Positions 26,448-39,788 of a stretch of DNA of 64,000 nucleotides are shown one piece after another. The notes beneath the pieces are model-generated. The model had not been told where the DNA came from and did not search any database. It was given only the letters and a program-made list of their open reading frames with translations. Source of the DNA: Octopus sinensis. Its lineage: Eukaryota. The DNA lies in the NCBI RefSeq assembly GCF_006345805.1, contig NC_043011.1, positions 61,020,464 through 61,084,463 of the forward strand. Direction: 5' to 3'. Position numbers and translations under genes: made by a program. Each line of letters opens with the position of its first letter. Positions within the stretch are counted from its first letter, which is position 1.

Positions 26448-26975
26448 TTAATTGTTTGTCGTAGACCCGTTAAGAAGTGGCTTGTATTTTGTAATAAAGA
26501 GATTTTCTTTACTTATTCTTTGTCTCGAGGTTGTATCGTCCCTAAATTGGTAGAGGGGGAAAATTCTGAAGTTTGGTGTTTTTTTTGTTGCGCAAGTATC
26601 TATGTGTTGGCTAAAAGCTATTTTTCTGTTTTGGGGAATTTTTATCTGGGATCTGTGCAGGGCCATTCGTTTACGCAAACCATTTTTTGTTTGGCCTATG
26701 TACTGCTCTTGACACCCGGAGCAGGTTAGTGAGTATATTAGGTTCTCCGAAGCACATGTGAAGTTGCTTTTCACTGTAAAACGTTGTCCCTGTTTGAAGG
26801 AGAACTCAGAACCCTCAATTAGATAGTCGCATATCCCGCAATTGGGTCTTCCACATTTTTTTACTGTCGGCTTCTGTGTTGAAGAGTGAATTCGGGCTTG
26901 TGTAAGGAGACTTTTCATGGATCTAGGCTGTCTTTTGCTTTTTATGATCGTGTGTGTTTGGAGGATTGTGTTCAT
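26448..26975 (-). CDS. GIY-YIG endonuclease domain of the Penelope-like element (C-terminal fragment, open to stop)
   Basis: CGRPNCGICD..FTCASENLIYSLTCSGCQEQYIGQTKNGLRKRMALH..HI..QRISKENLFI. An upstream Cys cluster suggests a Neptune-like clade. Confidence 0.85.
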   Translation of the reverse strand: MNTILQTHTIIKSKRQPRSMKSLLTQARIHSSTQKPTVKKCGRPNCGICDYLIEGSEFSFKQGQRFTVKSNFTCASENLIYSLTCSGCQEQYIGQTKNGLRKRMALHRSQIKIPQNRKIAFSQHIDTCATKKTPNFRIFPLYQFRDDTTSRQRISKENLFITKYKPLLNGSTTNN

Positions 26976-27114
26976 TCTGTGGTCTTTTTTTAGGAGGGGT
27001 ATGTTGTGGAGGATGGTGTCGAAGGCTTCGTTATTGAGAGGTTTGTGTAGTCGTGTGTAGTCGACTACTAGAACTAAAGATTACCAATCACCAGGAACTA
27101 TCCACCTTCACTTA

Positions 27115-27723
27115 TTGACAAGTGCATTCAACGTGCCCTTCAACTTACATCAAGAACTGAGACATCCCAAATCAAAGAAAAACTTACAACCAAAAGCCTT
27201 ACCATACATCTCCACACACAACCCTCTCAATAACGAAGCCTTCGACACCATCCTCCACAACATACCCCTCCTAAAAAAAGACCACAGAATGAACACAATC
27301 CTCCAAACACACACGATCATAAAAAGCAAAAGACAGCCTAGATCCATGAAAAGTCTCCTTACACAAGCCCGAATTCACTCTTCAACACAGAAGCCGACAG
27401 TAAAAAAATGTGGAAGACCCAATTGCGGGATATGCGACTATCTAATTGAGGGTTCTGAGTTCTCCTTCAAACAGGGACAACGTTTTACAGTGAAAAGCAA
27501 CTTCACATGTGCTTCGGAGAACCTAATATACTCACTAACCTGCTCCGGGTGTCAAGAGCAGTACATAGGCCAAACAAAAAATGGTTTGCGTAAACGAATG
27601 GCCCTGCACAGATCCCAGATAAAAATTCCCCAAAACAGAAAAATAGCTTTTAGCCAACACATAGATACTTGCGCCAACAAAAAAAACACCAAACTTCAGA
27701 ATTTTCCCCCTCTACCAATTTAG
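27115..27723 (+). pseudogene. GIY-YIG domain copy, frameshifted near 27674
   Basis: Same protein as 26448-26975 up to HIDTCA. One extra C (GCGCC vs GCGC) shifts the frame; this could be an assembly error. Confidence 0.8.
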
Positions 27724-28506
27724 GGACGATACAACCTCGAGACAAAGAATAAGTAAAGAAAATCTCTTTATTACAAAATACAAGCCACTTCTTAACGGTC
27801 TACGACAAACAATTAATATACCTCAACTTTAGAATAAAGAAAAAAATATATATACACACACAAATACTACACTCCATAGAATCCATTACTAATCAGCCCC
27901 TTCATAGCTATATTTACACCCATTCATATTCTCCCTTCTCTGTTTTTTTCTTCTTCTTCTTCTTCATCATCATCGTTATCATCATCATCGGCGTCATCAT
28001 CATCGCCACCATCATCACCACCATCTTCTCCTTCTCCTCCTTCTTCTTCTTCATCATCATCGTTATCATCATCATCGTCGTCATAATCATCACCACCATC
28101 ACCATCATCTTCTCCTTCTCCTTCTCCTTCTCTTCTTCTTCTTCTTCTTCTTCTACTTCTCCCCCCACCCCTTAACTTTGTCACTAATGTTTTTTAGTAT
28201 AACACCTACGCTAATTCTATAAACAAGCCTGTCAATATAATATTCTCCTGAATTGAACTGAGACTGCCAGCCGCCACTGACCATTCAAAATACGACCATC
28301 AGGGCACTCCCAGATTCTCCCACCCCCCTTTCCTCACCAGCCTTCCCTCTACTACCCTACCAAGAACTCACACTAACCTCGAACACACAAGTGCAAACAA
28401 GGGAGTCAGAGAAAGGCAGAATGCCACTTAAATCTGAACACTACTATAGAAATATTCTTTTAAGAAAACTTTTCTTCTAATTTTTCTAAATTTAATTATT
28501 TAATCG

Positions 28507-28550
28507 TTACAGTTGAAAAGGTCTCAAAATGACCGAAACCGGTACTGAAA
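28507..28550 (+). ncRNA. Minimal type I hammerhead ribozyme, U3-A8 variant
   Basis: Identical to 25701-25744. Core TTGAAAA 28513-28519, palindrome ACCGGT 28538-28543, predicted cleavage after A28544. Confidence 0.7.
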
Positions 28551-28600
28551 TGTTCACTATAAAATTATTTTAGCATTTTCTATTTTTTACTTGTTTTTTC

Positions 28601-28632
<32 letters not shown>

Positions 28633-28652
28633 TATATATTATATATATAATA

Positions 28653-28683
<31 letters not shown>

Positions 28684-28738
28684 GCCGTCTGTTAATTTAT
28701 TTGTCTATCTATGTAGTTAGCTAGCTAAGTGCCTCTGC

Positions 28739-28776
<38 letters not shown>

Positions 28777-30757
28777 CTCCGTCTTTCTCCTTCTGTATGT
28801 GTGTGTTTTTGTGTGTATGTACAATTTCTTGGGAATACTAAATGTGGAATCTACTCTTTTAAGCTCATTAACGGATGTTGACTATCAGACAGACCAGTAA
28901 ACTCTAGAATGTTTTATCAAACAAATGTCTGAAACATCCACAAATATCCACAAAACGTTTCTAATGACAAACAAGAAGAATAGAGTAAGCAAGAATAGAG
29001 TTTTGCAATTTACAATTTTCCCTTAATTCAATCCAATCAATCTTGCAACATTATGTTATAATACATGCGGCAGCTGATTAATTCCTTCTGCCACTTACGT
29101 CAATCCTAACGACAAATTTTAAATAAAAAGTAACCAGAATTACGTATAAAAGTAATTCGCTAATTATTTTATATGCACTTTTGAAAATTCTTATATACCG
29201 TGCGTTATTACCATTAATCTGCATAGTATGGAATGTAACCAATACTTCTATAAATTATTGCATAATGTTGGATTGAATAAAGTTGAAAGACTCGTTAATT
29301 GAAGTACTACCCTGCCTAAAATTAGACTGTCAGTGAAAAACAATCCTACAGTCTTAATAAATATAACAATAGAAACAACAAAAGCTCCATAAGCCATTAA
29401 ACCGTTAACAAATTCAACTTTACGAGGATGAAGGATAGCGCAGAATAACTGGACCACAATATATATACTTCACAGACAACAGGCATGACAGATATATTCC
29501 CATCATTAGCTGCCTAACGAATATCGATATTATTTCTACACCTGGCCAGAAGCATTCAACCATTCATTCTGGTGGTGTCAACAACGTTAATAACATAAAC
29601 GCAGCCTTGGAATTAGGTTGCTGGAGCGAAAAATTGGCGTGTTCGAAAATCGATTACACGCAAAATCGTATCAAAGACATGATTTTGTTTAGGTATATGT
29701 ATGTATGCATGTATGTGTACAAATGTATATTTTTGTTGTTTACACCTAGTTTAGCTCTGACTATTCGAAATGGCATTGCAGTCGTGCTCAGTGACTTTAT
29801 TTCAGATATCGAAGATTACATTATCCTTATATTCTCAGACAAAGTAATCGCTTCAGCCTTATGACACAAGGGTATGATTTGAAAGTTGGTTGATGTGTCT
29901 ACCTTGCTGAGTAACAAGACAGAGGTAGTCGTTACCGCAACCACATATCTCATTTACGTATAATTACTGCCAAAATTACTGCAAACCTATTGAACTTTCT
30001 ATAGTGGTAAAACGTAAAACAATTCTCTGATAAACTCGCTTCTTTAATGGGATGTCATTGCGTTGTATGGTTCTAAACGTTACTGCGAATAGATTTATAA
30101 ATTTGATTGTGGAAATAGAAAATTAGGGATTGAAACAACTCGGAAGAAATCAATATTTGGAGTCAATACATGCAGAACAATTTAGTCTCTCTCTGTCCTT
30201 CTCTCTCCTCTATGTCCTCTCTCTCCTTCTCTCTCCTCTCTTTCCCCTCTCTTTCTCCTTCTCTCTCTAACCTCGCTAAACTTAGCTATAAAAGCTATAT
30301 TAATAGCAATATAAAAATTAGCTGCAAGAGCGATATTGATAGAAATATAAAGAAAAACAACCAACTCACTTGTGTAGCACACAAGGAAAGAAAACTATGA
30401 AAATAGCCAGTAGATAAATATTAAACGATCTTAAATCCAGCGATGAGGATTTTATTAGTTAAAACATTATTCCAATGATCGCTTACAGCCCAGAACATAA
30501 TGTAGTGTTCAGGACCCCTATCCTTTCCTACCAGCGTAATTTAATTGGAAGCCGAGGCTGAAAAGCACTTGAAACGTTAATGGTATCTGGAACATTACTG
30601 TTATAGATAACATATTAAGCGTTAGTAGGAAAAATATATATAAAAAAGCACGAGATGAAATAGACAAGACAAGAAAAGAGAGAAGAGGAGACACGAAGAA
30701 TATATAGCAATTGAAGAGATCACAGTATATGCGTCGAGACAACACTGACAAAGAAAC

Positions 30758-30818
<61 letters not shown>

Positions 30819-30819
<1 letters not shown>

Positions 30820-31600
30820 GGATTAAATAGTCAGTTCCACCGTGAAACTAAAAAATTAAAAAAACAGGAAACATCATGGCGGTGGCTCAGCATGGGTGAT
30901 CTAAGAAAGAATACTGAAAGCCTAATCATCGCTGCTTAGGATCAGGCATTGAATACCAACTCAGGGAAAAGGGTTATGTGCTACATAAGTGCAACGAACC
31001 TCTGCAGAATGTGTAGGAAGAGGGTCGAAAGAGTGACTTATATTGTTAATGCCTGTGAAAGTCTTGCGCAGAAAGTGTACATGCGCAGACACGACAAGGT
31101 AACTCCAAAACCGTCTCTGATCACTATGACGGAGGTATGGGTACGAGGTAACGGGTGCTTGGTACCAACATACACCGGGAAAGGTAATGGACGAAAAGGA
31201 GAATGCAAAATTCCCCTGGGACTTTGACTTCCAGACAGATAAGGTGTCAGAGTACTGAAGGCCAGATGTAGTAACCTTTACAAGGGACAAGCAAGAGACT
31301 AATAACTGACATGACATTGTCAGGTGATCAACATATTATCATGAAAGAAAGAGAAAAGATTGATAAACACAGGGATCTGAGAATTGAGATGACCAGGATG
31401 TAACAGCTACGAGAGTCAAAGATAAAGGTTGTCCCTATTGTCACCGGAGCATTGGTTTCAATACCACCCGATTTGAAGAAATATCTATAAACTTTATAAA
31501 TACTCTATAATCTAGGTGTATTGCAAAATCAGCATTAATTGGAACTGCACGTATATTGCGTAAAACTGTCAGTCTGAGGTCCTTGTTGTGACTTGACAGG
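30819..31600 (+). mobile_element. R4/Dong-clade 3' fragment, decayed, directly after (AAT)n at ~30757-30818
   Basis: WRWL..GDLRKNTESLIIAA*DQALNTN, CRMC..C..RRHDKV, PWDFDFQTD, PDVV, KVVPIVTGAL, ALIGTARILRK. Confidence 0.8.
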
Positions 31601-32239
31601 CAGTACAACACTCCGGTAGACACAATATCTTTATTCAACAACATCATTATATTGGATTATTGGATACAGTACGACGCCTTAAATGATAAAATAAATACCC
31701 TAATGTAATACCAAGTACTGGCTCTCATGTTTTCTGATCTTAACTGATTGGAAGTGTTATCATGTACATTGTTTTGTCTTGGTATAAAAGATGGGCTACA
31801 GCAAATATTCTGCTCAATACCACAGATTTGTTTGTCAGCTTTTTGACCTTAACCAGTTGAGCATGTCCCTTAGTGGCTGACGATATGTACATCTCTGACC
31901 ACGAGCAGAAGTAGTGGGTGAGCATCATAGCCATGTGTTGAGAGGAATTCTTTGGGGTTTGGATAATTCACCTCTAGAATCATGGGTGTTTCATTCAACA
32001 TCCTTAAACAATCCTTATTCAGGCACCTTTTGAATAGGATGGTCTTCGCGACCCGAAGAAAATTATAACTGCCCCCCCCGCCTGCAAGGTCATGCGCTGT
32101 TTATCTCCATATGAGATTACCATATCGCGCACATATGTGTCTGGTGTACTTTATCAGACGGGTAGTAATGATGGGTATACTGGGCTTCGTATATTTGTAT
32201 CCCAGTGTCACTTTGATGGCATGCACTGCTCTCTCACTC

Positions 32240-32286
32240 AATAATGATAATAATAATAATGATGATGATGATGATGGTGATGGTGG

Positions 32287-32342
<56 letters not shown>

Positions 32343-32402
32343 GTGATGATGATGATGATGATGCTGATGATGATGATGATGAGGATGATGATGATGGTGA
32401 TA
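32240..32402. repeat. (AAT)n/(GAT)n trinucleotide tract
   Basis: Directly visible; source of the poly-D and poly-M ORFs. Confidence 0.95.
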
Positions 32403-32454
32403 ATAGCACTGACACCTTTATCTGACATACCAAACAGAACTGTATATGAATACA

Positions 32455-33625
32455 ACTGTTAAGGCAAAACAAACAGCCACCTCTTATATATGGATGATCT
32501 AAAACTGTACGCTACAAATGCTTAACTGCTGGAAACAATAGTCCAGGCAGTACATGGATTTACCGAAGAAATAAACATGTAAGTTGGCTTCGAAAAACGT
32601 GCCAAAGCAACCTTGAAAAGAGGAAAAGTAATTACGAGTAACAACATCACACTAGATAAAGCAAATGAAATAAGAGAATTAGACCAAAGCCAGATGTACA
32701 AATAATTAGGAATCAATGAACTAGATATGACAGAACACACACGAATGAAAGAAATGATAAGAAAGGAATACTATTGACGATACTGATACTGAGACTGATA
32801 CTGAAAACAGAGCTCAACACGAAAACATGATAATTATTTATCAACGCTGTAGCCGTCCCAGTTATAAGTTGCAGCTATATTATTCTTAACCGGACTCTAA
32901 ATGCATTGATCAAAATAGACAGGAGAATAGGAAAAGTAATGACAGAATCTAGAATGCATCACCCAAAATCTGACACAGAAAGGTTATATATACAACGTTT
33001 AGAAGGTGGTAGAGGCCTTATACAGCTAGAACACTATTACGGAATAAACAACATAGGGCTACAGAAATACACACTTCGGAAGCAAGGAAAACTAATAGAA
33101 ATAGCCACGAAACACGAACGAAACAAAAATCTGTTTTCAGGCTTTAAGGAAGCTGATAAATACAAAAAAAAGAGTCATAGTACAAAACATCTATAAAGAA
33201 AAAGAAGAAACAACAAAAGCTGTAAGACAACCGAAATACAAACTAAAAATTGGAATAGCAATGGATCATGATAAAATGAAGGCAAGAAAAGCCTCCTCAT
33301 GGCAAACACTGGGTTAAAATAACAGAAAAGAAATTGACAACAATGGCCGAGAAGCTAAGGACTCAAAGTAGAAACCGAAGGATTTTTAATTGCAGTATAA
33401 GATCAAAGCCTCCCCACCAGAAATTACTAGAAGTAACTGCAGAATATGTGATGGAGAAGAAATGATAAATAATATTGTCTCTTGCTGCCCAGTCCTGTCT
33501 AAGAAGAAATATATTCACAGACACGACAGAGCTGGGATCTATATACACTGGAATAACAACAGAAAAATGATGGTATAAGGCCACGCCAGAAAAGGTCACA
33601 GAAAATGAGAAAACAATCATAATCT
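32455..33625 (+). mobile_element. R4/Dong-clade RT-to-zinc-finger fragment, decayed
   Basis: SHLLYMDDLKLYA near 32475, MHHPKSDTERLYIQRLEGGRGLIQLE, ETEGFLIAV*DQ, CRIC..CCPVL..HRHD. Confidence 0.85.
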
Positions 33626-34260
33626 GGGATATACCATCTATCTATCCATCAATCTATACATGCGCGTGTGTGTATGTATGTGTGTGTAAGTGTGTGAATA
33701 TACATGCGTGTGCATGTCTATGTACATACATATATATATGCAACGATGCACACATATAGTAAATATATATACGTATGTAAATGTCTCTCGCGCTAACTCT
33801 GTCTCTGCCCATCTCTTTTTCTCTGTGCATTTTACTCTGTATTAAATTTTCTCGGAAGTGTTGTTGGTTGTACGGTGTAGCATGAAGTGTGAACTAGATA
33901 GAGATGGTATGATAAGTAATGCTATAAAATGCTGGCAAGGATTCGGTTACATATTTTAATATACTGAGTTCAGGTTAATGAAAATATCACTTGTCCAAGG
34001 AGTCACTGAGTGACAAGTAACCCATGGATTGTGCTTGCGAAACAAACATCTTAACTGAAGAGCTATAATGCAGCTGCCTTAATGAACACGCGTACACACA
34101 GTCATACAAACAGACGTAAGGCTTACATACATTCATAAATGCACACTGGTGCACTCTCACATATGTGTAGCTATGTGCGTGTGTATGTGTGTATGTGTTC
34201 GGGTGCGTCTGTGCGCACCTCCACGTGTATATGTACATAAATATGTGCAACATATGTAGG

Positions 34261-34308
<48 letters not shown>

Positions 34309-34536
34309 ATATAATATACATGTATATATATGTACATACATATGCATGTATATATATATATTATATATATATATACATATATACATATATACATACACAC
34401 ATACATATATATATGTATTTATACCTGCATATGTATGTAAAAATATATATATACATACACATATAAATACGTACATACATAAATATATATATATGAGTGG
34501 ACAAACGAAAGGAGGTGCACCCAACGCATTTATCTG

Positions 34537-34585
<49 letters not shown>

Positions 34586-35629
34586 GGGGGGTGGGGTGTA
34601 TGCATGCGTGTTTATGTATATATATGCAACGACACACCCATATAATAAATATATATATGTATAGTGTATGTATATACATGCATAGGTTTGTATATATGAG
34701 TGTGTGTGTGTAAGTGTGTGCGTATGTGTGTATGCATGCATACATACCCTGACATACACACGTGCCCCCACCAATTACACACTCATATACTCACGCACAC
34801 ACAAAAACACACACACAAACGTACACATATATATATATACGCGTACACAATATGTGTATATATGTGTGCTTATGAATCTATGTGGGTGCCTGTGTTTGTG
34901 TGTGTGTGTGTGTGTGTGTTGTGTGTGTGTGTGTATTTTTTTTTCCCACGAATGCAGCGATGACCCTTAAATTGTTTCCAGAAAAATGTCCATTGCCGCA
35001 TGATTCTTGTCATGTATTCCGAAAATCAAGTTGTGTTTAAAGAAATAACCTTATTCACATTGGAAAGAGAAAAGCGAAAGTAAATTAATGAAGGAAAACG
35101 TGTAGCGTGTAACAACCACGCCCACCCCCAAGCACCACTACTGTCACCCCCCACCACCACCGGTAACAACAGCAACAGCATGAAAACACCTGCATGTGAC
35201 CTGTATGACTGTATTTTATTGCAAAATTATGACGTATACTGTTGAGAGCAGCTTAAAGTGCAAACGAAGCTTGAGGTATGAAGAAAGGAGAAGAGAGGGA
35301 AAATATCTTCTTAATATGGTTTCCTAACATGTTAATACATACGGAACGTGAATGTTATAAACACAATGATATCTGCATGCAAATATAGAAATGTTAAAAC
35401 CGTACACGCACGTTGCTGAATATAGATTTTGTGTTTCGTATTTATTCCTTTAGCAACGCTGCTGAAAGAAATCTGGAATATAAGTGGTATTATTATCAAA
35501 TAAAACAGAACGAAAGACATGGTTGTATTTTATACGAAAGGAGGGGGATGAGGACATCATTCGTTGTTTGGGTGGTAGTTAAATGCTACAGAGCGTGACA
35601 AAAATACCGTGAAGAATATATATATACAC

Positions 35630-35805
35630 CCTTTTCTACTCTAGGCACAAGGATTCAAATTTTGAGGGAGGGGCCAATCGATTAGATCGATCCCAGTACG
35701 CAACTGATACTTAATTCATCAACTCCGAAAGGATGAAAGGCAAAGTCGACCTCGGTGGAATTTGAACTCAGAACGTAACGGCAGACGAAATACGGCTCGC
35801 CGCCT
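35630..35805 (-). mobile_element. SINE family A (internally deleted head, tail variant A2)
   Basis: GAAAGGATGAAAGGCAAAGTCGACCTCGG..GAACTCAGAACGT on the plus strand. Confidence 0.8.
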
Positions 35806-36529
35806 TGGAGAATAAATAAATATATATATGTATAGACATATATATACATACATACATATATATAAACACACACACACACACATATATATATATAAATTTA
35901 GATCTTAGTAAATACGTTGACCACTTTGGTAGATGATCGAAACCAACATTATTCTATTATTTTACTCGTCACGATTTCCATTCGAGGATAACATTTTGAA
36001 GTCATAAATATGGAAGGGAATCAAAGACGAAATCGTAATTTTTATGAAAATTGAACAACGAAATGTGTTGCATATTTAATCAAACTGCAATATATAAGTG
36101 GATCAAAGACATAGCATTTTCCTTTCATTTAAAAAATCCTACGATCTCCCAATTAAGCCAGTGTGGGAGATTAAATGTTTGTATTTCACCTCCTAAATTA
36201 TATATTTATAAATGAATTCACTTCTAAAATTCTCATTCGGTGTAAAATGATAAAACGCGTAATTAACAGTGAACAAATTCTCCTCCTACTCCTCCATCTT
36301 TTTCTTCTTCTTTGTCTTTCCTCCTCTTCCAATCATCACCCCCATCTTCACCACTACACATCGTAAGAAAAACAAAGCAAAACAAAAAAAAAACAAGCAA
36401 AAAGAAACGAGCTAAATTGCATATGGCTTCGTTTTTTTCCTATATAAGCAACGAACATCAACAACCTCGGCTGGTTTCTGTTTTTCTCTTGATTTCGGTT
36501 CTCCGATTGGGAAAACGGATTCAGTTGTG

Positions 36530-36695
36530 CTAGTATTTCGTCTGCCGTTACGTACTGAGTTCAAATTCCGCCGAGGTCGACTTTGCCCTTCGGGATCGAT
36601 AAATTAGGTACCAGTTGCGTACTGAAATCGATCTAATCGACTGCCCTCCCTCCCCCCGAATTTCGGGCCTTGTGCCTAGAGCAGAAAAGAATGAT
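36530..36695 (+). mobile_element. SINE family A body with tail A2
   Basis: GTATTTCGTCTGCCGTTACG..GAGTTCAAATTCCGCCGAGGTCGAC..GGGCCTTGTGCCTAGAG. Confidence 0.8.
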
Positions 36696-38249
36696 CTTTC
36701 CTTGAATTGGCACGTAAGTGGTTGATTATTCCACAAACACGTGTTTTCTGAATGCAATTCTCAGTCAGATTCTGTGTAAGACAATGTATAACAAGGCTGG
36801 ACCGATAGGCTTCTGTATAGTTTTCACTTATACAGATTCTCTGACAAGTTATCAGCCGATCCGACGCTATACAAAATATGATTTGCAAAATATCATTTGC
36901 TGAAGACGGCACGCAGGGAGCTCAAACTTAGGGCTGTGTGTTTCCAAAGCGAGCTTCTTAGCTTTTTGGTCACACTACATAAAATGTTTCTCTGTGTATG
37001 ACACACAAAACAAGTAATTCTGCGTTTTCGTTCGACCTACAAAATCTAAATCTATTTGAGAACACACGCTACTGACTTATAAGCGAAATAACATATCCGA
37101 TCATGGAAATTCAGACTGACAATGTCTGAACAAAATACGGAATGAATGTGGCTGACTAATCTTTGTTTATTCGTCAGAATGATATCAGAGCTGACTTCCT
37201 ACAAAACATGACCAACGAGAACAGTTCTCAATGCGATAAACATGGAAGTAGCAGGTTTTTAATTTAATGTCAGCGTGACTTTAGTGTGCGATCTTGAGCT
37301 GCTGTTTTCGTTTCAATTCATATTTGACAGTAGGTCGTTCTTTTAAATAACGAACGATAATATATCTTAATATCTACGTCTGCAAAACTGCCTTGCAACC
37401 ATTCAATATTACGAAGACAATTTCCTCTTTCGGAATTGAAAAAAAAAAAAAAAAAGAAACAACAACAAAATTTCGATTGTTGGCAAATACAGTAGGAAGT
37501 CTTGGATTACATTCAGGAAGTAGACTTTGTTTTATGGGAAATTTGATTTGTTTAATCAATAATATAATAAATAGAGTTGTATGAAGCAGAGAGTTAATAA
37601 ATTATTCAATCAACTAGCATGTATTCCTGACTCACATACTATATTAACACACTTCATCACAGCATTATTATTAATATCTATATTACATAGAAAGTTTCAA
37701 GCCTGCGGGATCATTATTGATTGTTTGGCTTGGCACAGAACCAAGTGTTATATGAAAATATAATAGATTAGACAGAGGGAGATGAAGAGCAGCGCCTATG
37801 ACCCCTTTCAAGTCTTCTGTGATTATTGGATAGAAAATGAAGCCGCTATTTTGAGAGCAGAAACATGGTTCAAATTTATGTGGCAGCGAATTCTGCTAAA
37901 TACAATTAAGACACAGGTGATGGTGCTCAACCGGATTTCCATCTAAGTCCATCACCCACGAACAGTTCGATCTTCCAGTATGATTCCAAACAGTTCCTCT
38001 CTACCAAATTCTACCCATAAGGCTTTGGTCAATTCAAAGCTTACGGTAAAATAAACCTACCCGAGAACTTTACTGTGCTAGACATACTACGGCCACACTT
38101 AACTAAGTATAACAGGTCAAAATTTGGTAGGAGTGGTATATAGCTCGCTTGAACTATGTATGTATGTATGTACGTATGTATGTATGTATGTATGTATGTA
38201 TGTATGTATGTATGTATGTATGTATGTATGTATGTATCTATCTATCTAT

Positions 38250-38478
38250 TTCTTTACTACCCACAAGGGGTTAAACACAGAGAGGACAAACAAAGACAGA
38301 CAAACGCATTAAGTCGATTATATCGACTCCAGTGCGTAACTGGTACTTATTTAATCGACCCCGAAAGGATGAAAGGCAAAGTCGACCTCGGCGGAATTTG
38401 AACTCAGAACGTAGCGGCAGACGAAATACCGCTAAGCATTTCGCCCGGCGTGCTAACGTTTCTGCCAGCTCGTCGCCT
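38250..38478 (-). mobile_element. SINE family A, nearly complete
   Basis: Head, B box, body and tail A1 all present; flanked by (TATG)n and (TATC)n. Confidence 0.88.
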
Positions 38479-38480
38479 TG

Positions 38481-38558
<78 letters not shown>

Positions 38559-38576
38559 CATCCATCTATCTGTCTG

Positions 38577-38653
<77 letters not shown>

Positions 38654-38662
38654 GTTCAGTTC

Positions 38663-38885
38663 ATTATCACTGAAAATTTGGGTATGAAACGCGTGTCTGC
38701 CAAGTTTCTGTCAAAACTGCTTTCAGCTGACCAATAAGAAACCTGGGTTTCAGTTGCACAAGATTGCCTTGATTGTGTCGAGAACAATGAAATGTTTTTG
38801 GAAAATTTGCGTAGGCTTCTGTGTAGGTATCGCCGAGCTTTTGCCAAAATTTGATGCAGATTCTCTGCTCAACTTTCTCCGTCAT
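38663..38885. mobile_element. Rearranged mariner transposase remnant
   Basis: Plus strand 38663-38809 reads [24 protein letters not shown]. Minus strand 38885-38808 reads MTEKVEQRICIKFWQKLGDTYTEAY, a mariner N-terminus. Confidence 0.75.
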
Positions 38886-39685
38886 GGTTAATGCGACGAT
38901 CAAACGCTACACACATTTCTTCCAGGAATTGCTGTAAACAGCAGATGTGAGTTAGACCGTTAACACTTAGTGTGCATATAGAGCAGAGATGAAGGTCAAC
39001 CTGTACCAAGCGGCTTTACTGTGCAGTCTTTAGTTTCGTTACTATGGTAACAGTCCGGATACGTATGTGCTCAGGACGCACTTTTTGTTGTGCTGTCTCT
39101 CTAGCTCGCTTTTATCCCTCTCTAAACGATGCAAACCATGATCAGAGAATCAACGAACGAACGAACGAACCAACCAACCAACCAACCAACAAACACACTA
39201 ACATTTCTTCGGCCATTATCAGAGATACATTTCTGTACAAATACGTATATATATATATGTATATACACACACAGACAGATACAAATATTGAAATATATGG
39301 AGATCACGAGATGCATTTGCTCTCAATAAACGTAAATGAAAGAACGAAGCGATTGAATACAGTTTTTAGAAAACATGTTACTTGCCCGAAGGTAAATGTA
39401 TACATAATCGATATTTGATATTACGCTATAACGATACCTAATTAATTTTTCGGTTGAAAATTAACCCCTAAAAAACATCGAAGATTCTAGAAATGTCTGT
39501 CTTACAAAATATTTGTCCGGTTTATACCAACAACCTCGACGCATTCAAAGCCATCTTGAGGCGATCCGTTTGAAATAACTTTATTTTCCAATTATAATTC
39601 TGACACCGCTTCTCGAGTACAAAGTTTGCATCAGTAAGCTACGGTTACAAAACAGAAAGTAGGCAAAGAATAGAGTGCAAGCTTA

Positions 39686-39717
<32 letters not shown>

Positions 39718-39718
39718 T

Positions 39719-39788
<70 letters not shown>

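Larger units (their letters stand above)
25645..27048 (-). mobile_element. Penelope-like element, left (inverted) arm
   Basis: Near-identical reverse complement of 27216-28608. Contains the GIY-YIG ORF, a purine-rich 3' UTR and a terminal HHR. Confidence 0.92.
27069..28608 (+). mobile_element. Penelope-like element, 5'-truncated body (right arm)
   Basis: RT-thumb end YPPSLIDKCIQRAL, linker LPYISTHNP, GIY-YIG domain, 3' UTR, HHR, then (TA)n. Confidence 0.92.

Noticed and set aside
32111-32462. Poly-Asp/Ser/Met proteins
   Set aside because: (GAT)n tract read in different frames.
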